This document shows positions 59,505 to 64,000 of a stretch of 64,000 nucleotides of DNA, in pieces; position 1 is the stretch's first letter, and each line of letters starts with the position of its first letter. The stretch is from Ostreococcus lucimarinus (lineage: Eukaryota): the NCBI GenBank assembly GCA_000092065.1, contig CP000601.1; one strand, given 5' to 3'. The position numbers and the translations under genes are program-made. The notes under the pieces are model-generated. The model did not search any database. It saw only the letters and a program-made list of their open reading frames with translations, and had not been told where the DNA came from.

Positions 59505-62462
59505 ATGGCGCGTCCGCGAGCCGACAGCGCGTGTGCTCGCCGCTCGCCGCTCGGCTTCGCGTCGAGCGCGCTCGGATCCAGGCACCGCGTCACTCACCCG
59601 CGCGCGCGGGACATGCGCGTCGACGCCGCGCACACAGCGCGCCCGCGACGCGTGCACTTTCTCGTCGACGCGCGCGCGACGCGCGAGCGCGCGAGCGCGA
59701 CGCAGTCGGCGTCGACGTCGGGAGCTGATTTTAAATCTTCAACTTGGAAAACCTTCGCGCGCCGCGCGCTCGAACGCGCCGTCGACGGGCGCGCGGGCGA
59801 AGACGTTGAATTTACCGTGCGCGCGTGCGATGGGTCGGTGCCGCCGCACGCGTTCGACGCGCGGGCGCGAGAGGCGACGGGACGACGCGGCGATGAGTTT
59901 GGAAAGTTTCGGCGGTGCGACAAAAACGCCGTCGAGGACGCGTTCAGGACGTGCGAGACGACGTGCGGGGAGTATTTAGAGACATTTACGAGCGGCGGCG
60001 ACGTCGCGGCGAGCGACGAGGATGGACGGGGGGCGATCGAGAGTTGGTTGGTGAACGCGACGCGGAACGTCGGCGCGGCGACGAACGATTTCGCCGCCGC
60101 GGGCGGCGGATTCGCCGCGACTTTCGCGGACGACGACGACGAAGGCGAGAAGTACAGCGCGTTATTCATCATCACCGCACTCCCCGAGCTGTCGGAAGCG
60201 GAAGCGGCGAAGGTTGATGCGAAGCACGTGGCCAAGTTGTTTAAAGGCATCGAGGAGAAGTTCAAGCGAGACCGCGTTCGAGCGCATTTGTTGTACGTCG
60301 GCGACGGACCGACGGGCGCGTTCGCGGACGTCTTGCAAGAGACGTTTCATAAATTGAATGGTGCGGTGATATCGCTCGATGTCGCGAGCAGACTCGCGTC
60401 CTGGCTGCCGCTGTATTCGACGCTCTCGGCGCTGAGCCGCGGTGACGAGGCGAGCGCGTCCACGACTACGGTGGAGTCGACAAGTACGGTGGACATAATC
60501 GTCGAGACTCGAGACTCGCAATCGGCGCATCGCTTAGGCGAAGCCCATCAAGCGCGATATCATGGTCGAGGTGACGGTTCGATTGCCATTGTCGGTTTCA
60601 TCGACCGCGCCGAAGCGCCCTCAGCCGCGGCGCTGGCTGTTGAAACGCAAACCATTTTGTGCTTTGACGACTCGCCGATTCGTGCGCTTATGGCGATGCT
60701 TGTACTAAAAGACGCAGTCGCAGTCGTCCGACGCGATGCTGGGAGACACGAGCAGATCGCGATTCTAGAGCCGTTGACGTGTTCGTCCTTCATCGTCACT
60801 TCCCTGAAGACGACGCCTGGCGAGCTGTGCCCGCGCGCGTCGGCAGCGAAAGCGAGCGCTCGGAGCGAAATTGTTAAACTCGCGTCGAGGCGAGATTGTT
60901 TAGCGTCACTCGAAAATGTGCACGTATTGCTCGCGAAGATTCGCGAAGACGTGCGCGAGAAGATTGTGTCACCTCCGGCGACGCAGGATTCTTTAGCGTT
61001 GACGCAACAAGTGTTGTCGATGGACGCTGCGACGCAGAGCTCAAGTGCGCCGCTGATGCCGGTCGATGTGAACACCCTTGAGGAAGCTTTCATCGCGGAC
61101 CAGCGAATTGGCGTGCAACAAGATGCCTCTCGGTTGGAAGCTTGGTACGGCTCGCGCGATTTGGTGCCAAAGACTCGAGAAATGTTGCGTCGCGTGGAAG
61201 ATAAAGCGACGAAATCTTCAGACACCGCGGGCGAACTCTTGAATAATCTCGATGAACGGTTCAAGGACATGCTCAAACGCCATAATGGCATTGTTTCGCC
61301 GCCGCGAAAGTCACGAGCGCGACGATCGCTCGCGTCTACGCTAACGGTGTTTGCAATGGACGCTGACGTGCCGCCATGGACTGGGGATGTCGAACAGGCG
61401 GCGCTCGAGGAATACGAGTCATTCGTCGCTACGTTCAGCGCGCTCGAAGGTGGGGACGGATTGAACGAGCCGAATCTCCATGATTTCGCTGCCAAGATTA
61501 TTTATCGATTCCGCTTGAGCGTGGGCTCGAACGAAGACGATAATCTCGTCGAGCGACTCGAACGCGCAATCGCGAAGAATTCAAAAGAGCTCAAGGCAAA
61601 GTACGTCGGTGTACACTCATCCAAGGCGGCCAAGCGGCTGGAGTTCATATTACAGATGCACGTCGCGCTGCAGTTGGCTTCTCTCAAAGTGACGCAAGTG
61701 CGCGATGAGAATGGCGCGGACGCGTGCGAGGCTGTCGAAGAGCGCGCCATCTCGAAGAAAGAGCAAAAGAAACTCGTCAAGTCTGTGCAAAAGTTGGTGG
61801 ACGAGATTCATTTTCTTCTTCAACCCTGCGGCGTCGAGGGCGTGCGCTCGTTGATGGCGGCAGAGTTGACTCCACACTATAGCGGATTCATACCAGACAC
61901 TTTGCGAGTGTTGCAGCGCGATCTCGGCTTGACCATGGAACCCGACGCCGGCGGCGACGCAAGTGCCGTCGCGTTGACGCCGTTTTCTCCCGTGCCCGCG
62001 CTCAGGCGCTCACCAAGAAAGCCGAAAGCACCGGAAAGACTCGCACCCGCAGAACCGGCGCCGAAGCTCAAAATTAAGGCGAAACCGCACGAGGGCTGGC
62101 ATCACCTCGCGCGTGGGCGGAACAACACGAAGGAAGTCAAGGTGTCCGTCAAAGATTTGAAAAAGCCGACGTTCGCGCATCCGCGACCGCAAACGTTTCG
62201 CGGCGTTACGCGCCATTCAGCTCTCCAAGGTGGCGCCACGCCCGCACCGAGCGGTAACCGCGCGCTATCGACGCCCGCGATAGTGAAATGCACGCCCATG
62301 GGCGGCACCACGCCCGCGCCGATGCGCGGGGGACCGCGAGCAATTGTCGCCGCGACACCCGTCGGCGGCGCGATGTCGACGCCGTTGGCGAATCGTGCGC
62401 CCGTCCGCAAGCTGGCCGACGACTTCACGCCCGCGAAAAGATCGCGACTGCACAATACATAG
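59505..62462 (+). CDS. Hypothetical 985-aa nuclear-type protein: structured N-terminal two-thirds plus a (T/S)P-rich basic C-terminal tail ending in an NLS-like KRSRL
   Basis: A continuous ORF with no recognisable enzyme motifs. An alpha/beta-looking segment (YSALFIITALPELSE...HLLYVGDGPTGAF...SIAIVGFIDR) is followed by a tail with seven or more TP/SP sites in 80 aa (TPAPSGN..STPAIVKCTPMGGTTPAP..ATPVGGAMSTPLANRAP). An alternative ATG lies at about 59613. Confidence 0.4.
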   Translation: MARPRADSACARRSPLGFASSALGSRHRVTHPRARDMRVDAAHTARPRRVHFLVDARATRERASATQSASTSGADFKSSTWKTFARRALERAVDGRAGEDVEFTVRACDGSVPPHAFDARAREATGRRGDEFGKFRRCDKNAVEDAFRTCETTCGEYLETFTSGGDVAASDEDGRGAIESWLVNATRNVGAATNDFAAAGGGFAATFADDDDEGEKYSALFIITALPELSEAEAAKVDAKHVAKLFKGIEEKFKRDRVRAHLLYVGDGPTGAFADVLQETFHKLNGAVISLDVASRLASWLPLYSTLSALSRGDEASASTTTVESTSTVDIIVETRDSQSAHRLGEAHQARYHGRGDGSIAIVGFIDRAEAPSAAALAVETQTILCFDDSPIRALMAMLVLKDAVAVVRRDAGRHEQIAILEPLTCSSFIVTSLKTTPGELCPRASAAKASARSEIVKLASRRDCLASLENVHVLLAKIREDVREKIVSPPATQDSLALTQQVLSMDAATQSSSAPLMPVDVNTLEEAFIADQRIGVQQDASRLEAWYGSRDLVPKTREMLRRVEDKATKSSDTAGELLNNLDERFKDMLKRHNGIVSPPRKSRARRSLASTLTVFAMDADVPPWTGDVEQAALEEYESFVATFSALEGGDGLNEPNLHDFAAKIIYRFRLSVGSNEDDNLVERLERAIAKNSKELKAKYVGVHSSKAAKRLEFILQMHVALQLASLKVTQVRDENGADACEAVEERAISKKEQKKLVKSVQKLVDEIHFLLQPCGVEGVRSLMAAELTPHYSGFIPDTLRVLQRDLGLTMEPDAGGDASAVALTPFSPVPALRRSPRKPKAPERLAPAEPAPKLKIKAKPHEGWHHLARGRNNTKEVKVSVKDLKKPTFAHPRPQTFRGVTRHSALQGGATPAPSGNRALSTPAIVKCTPMGGTTPAPMRGGPRAIVAATPVGGAMSTPLANRAPVRKLADDFTPAKRSRLHNT

Positions 62463-62514
62463 CTTCGATCATCGTTGTACAACACGTATTCACAATAAAC
62501 TAAGGGAAAATGCT

Positions 62515-63263
62515 CTAAGGGAAATATTCGCGTTCTCGAAACGCGCTGGCGCCGAGCGCCATCGTGAGCTCTCTGGCGCGAGCGATATCCACGCCGGGCG
62601 TTCGCGTCGTCGTCGCCTCTACCTCCATCCCGAGTTCACTACATCGTTCAATGAACGCCAACGCGTCTCCTTGCGTCCTTCCGTCCCTCGGCGCCATGAT
62701 TCGCGCGTACTCATCCGGATCCGCGCTCGCAAAGTTAACCGTCACGCTTCGCAATCCGGCGTCCCGCAACGCGTCGCACACCGCCACATCCACCAGTCCA
62801 TTCGTCGCGACGCGCGTCGCGATTCCGTGTCTTCGCGCTCGTATCTCTCGCAGCGCGTCGCACAGCACGTCGTGGCGCAGCAACGGTTCGCCGTATCCCG
62901 CGAAGACGACGCCCGGGTCGCTCTCGCCGCTGCGCGCGTCGTCCAGAGTCACTTCTTTCGTCAGCGCGGGGTCCGATCGAGCGCGAGAGACGCTCGCGGG
63001 TGGAATCGAGCCGCGCGCGCGGTCGCGTCGACGCACCTGCTCGCGATGGGCGGCAGCGCGTCGTAGAAGGCGTCGATGACGTCGACGAGTTCAGCAGCCG
63101 TCGGCTCGGGCTCGGTCAGTAACTGAAACTTTGACGACGCCGGCATCGAGAACGCGGGTCCGCGGAGTCGCGTCAGCGGCGTCGCATTCGTTTGGTTGGT
63201 CAACGCGAGATACAACGCGCCGCGAAGGGTGTAGGCGACGCCCGGTCGCGCGAGGGACGCCAT
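62515..63263 (-). CDS. Hypothetical protein with a radical-SAM-like GxGEPLL motif but no Cys triad; two exons, 63263..63037 and 62929..62515
   Basis: Two overlapping minus ORFs in different frames (62961..63263 and 62515..63036). They are bridged by a 107-nt intron at 63036..62930 (GTGCGT...CTGAC...CGCAG, phase 2), giving ...AELVDVIDAFYDALPPIAS|SGESDPGVVFAGYGEPLLRHDVL.... Confidence 0.45.
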
Positions 63264-63359
63264 GATGTGCCGGGACGGCGGGCGGCGCGCGGCGAGACGC
63301 GAATTCGTTCGACCGGACTCGCTACAGAAGTCGCCGCGACGCGACGCTACGAGCTAAAA

Positions 63360-64000
63360 CTACTTGTACAGAAACGCCACACCGCTCAAGAGTGGGGCGC
63401 GGGATTGCGCCAGGGTGGCGTACACGGTGACGGATCCGCGCTCGCGCGCGGGGGACACGCAGTCGATTTCAATGTTTTCGCCCTGCGCCGAAGCGACGGT
63501 TTCGACGACGGCGACTCCCGCGGGGCGGGCTTGGACGCGCGTGGAACCAAAGTGGCACGTAAGCATCTCACTCGCGACGGCGATGGAGAGCGTGGCGCGA
63601 ACTGGCGTGCCGCCGAATGTCCAACCGCTCGCCGCGTCGACGGCGGACATGTACGATTGCGCCATGGACGTCAACGCCACGCGCGTGTGCGAGGCGGAGG
63701 CGGTCGATCCGGTGGGTAATGCTTTGGTGGAATCGCACTCTTCGAAACACGGCGTCACCCAACGCTCGACCACACCCGTGGACTCTGCGAGCGGAGACTC
63801 GCACATGATCAACGCGCTCGAAACAACGACGCCACCAGAGACGCCGGCGCCGCCGCCGAACACGCACAGCGATTTCGCGGAATCTATCGTTCCCTCGACG
63901 TGCGTGGATATGAGATTCGATCCCGTGATTGATATCACGTCTACCGGTCCCCAGGTCTGGCGCGGATGCGCGCCAGTAACCGCGTGGTCTTCCTTGACTA
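63360..64000 (-). CDS. Hypothetical Gly/Ser/Val-rich protein, 5'-truncated by the window edge
   Basis: ORF 63360..63938 is GTG-initiated in the track. The reading frame is open upstream to position 64000, with no stop in ...VKEDHAVTGAHPRQTWGPVDV-ISITGS..., so the gene continues beyond the window. No homology recognised. Confidence 0.3.
   Translation of the reverse strand, partial: VKEDHAVTGAHPRQTWGPVDVISITGSNLISTHVEGTIDSAKSLCVFGGGAGVSGGVVVSSALIMCESPLAESTGVVERWVTPCFEECDSTKALPTGSTASASHTRVALTSMAQSYMSAVDAASGWTFGGTPVRATLSIAVASEMLTCHFGSTRVQARPAGVAVVETVASAQGENIEIDCVSPARERGSVTVYATLAQSRAPLLSGVAFLYK

Noticed and set aside
1-64000. Prokaryotic reading of the window (operons, defence islands, CRISPR, mobile elements)
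   Set aside because: There are no short direct-repeat/spacer arrays, no transposase, integrase or IS ends, no rRNA, and no co-directional operon-like clusters. Gene content (ABCE1, TAF2, importin, eIF3h, HECT ligase), spliceosomal introns and bidirectional gene pairs are eukaryotic.

Overview
This 64 kb window reads as gene-dense nuclear DNA from a very GC-rich (about 65-70 %) eukaryote, not a prokaryote. I found no rRNA, CRISPR array, transposon or operon structure, and I did not scan for tRNAs.

There are roughly 33 protein-coding genes on both strands, about one per 2 kb. Most are single long exons of up to 1579 aa, with 20-250 bp between genes. Head-to-head and tail-to-tail pairs are common, and some stop codons lie less than 50 bp apart.

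I could identify these products by eye:
- NADP-isocitrate dehydrogenase
- eIF3h
- a TLC-domain membrane protein
- a two-helix LHC-like protein
- two PPR proteins
- WDR74/NSA1
- a bacterial-type HslU with an N-terminal poly-Thr extension
- an ARID/PHD protein
- SCYL1
- a SEX4/LSF-like dual-specificity phosphatase
- ABCE1
- a BAR-PH-ArfGAP-ANK (AGD/ACAP) protein
- an importin-beta family karyopherin
- a CDCA7-type zinc-finger protein
- a RAD16-like SNF2/RING ATPase carrying an N-terminal PARP-type zinc finger
- a cGMP-dependent protein kinase
- a 2OG-Fe(II) oxygenase
- a GDA1/CD39 apyrase
- a Methyltransf_16 lysine methyltransferase
- a URB2-like giant protein
- a Golgi-type sulfotransferase
- TAF2
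- a UBE3B/C-type HECT ligase
- several hypothetical proteins

Comparing split reading frames with known domain architectures revealed three short GT-AG introns of 85-118 nt. All three start GTGCG and carry a CTGAC branch-point-like motif. One of them holds a (TGAA)10 microsatellite.

PPR proteins, the LHC-like and SEX4-like genes, the plant-like SCYL1 N-terminus, and the compact, GC-rich, intron-poor layout point to a green picoalga of the Mamiellophyceae type, for example Micromonas. That assignment is inference and is not proven by the sequence.

Because GC3 is so high, almost every real gene is shadowed by long spurious antisense or out-of-frame ORFs in the six-frame track; I have rejected these explicitly. 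Some ORF-track starts are GTG-initiated or run through 5'UTRs, so the start coordinates I give are approximate. I also saw a one-base discrepancy between my counting and the ORF track near 32.2-32.3 kb.
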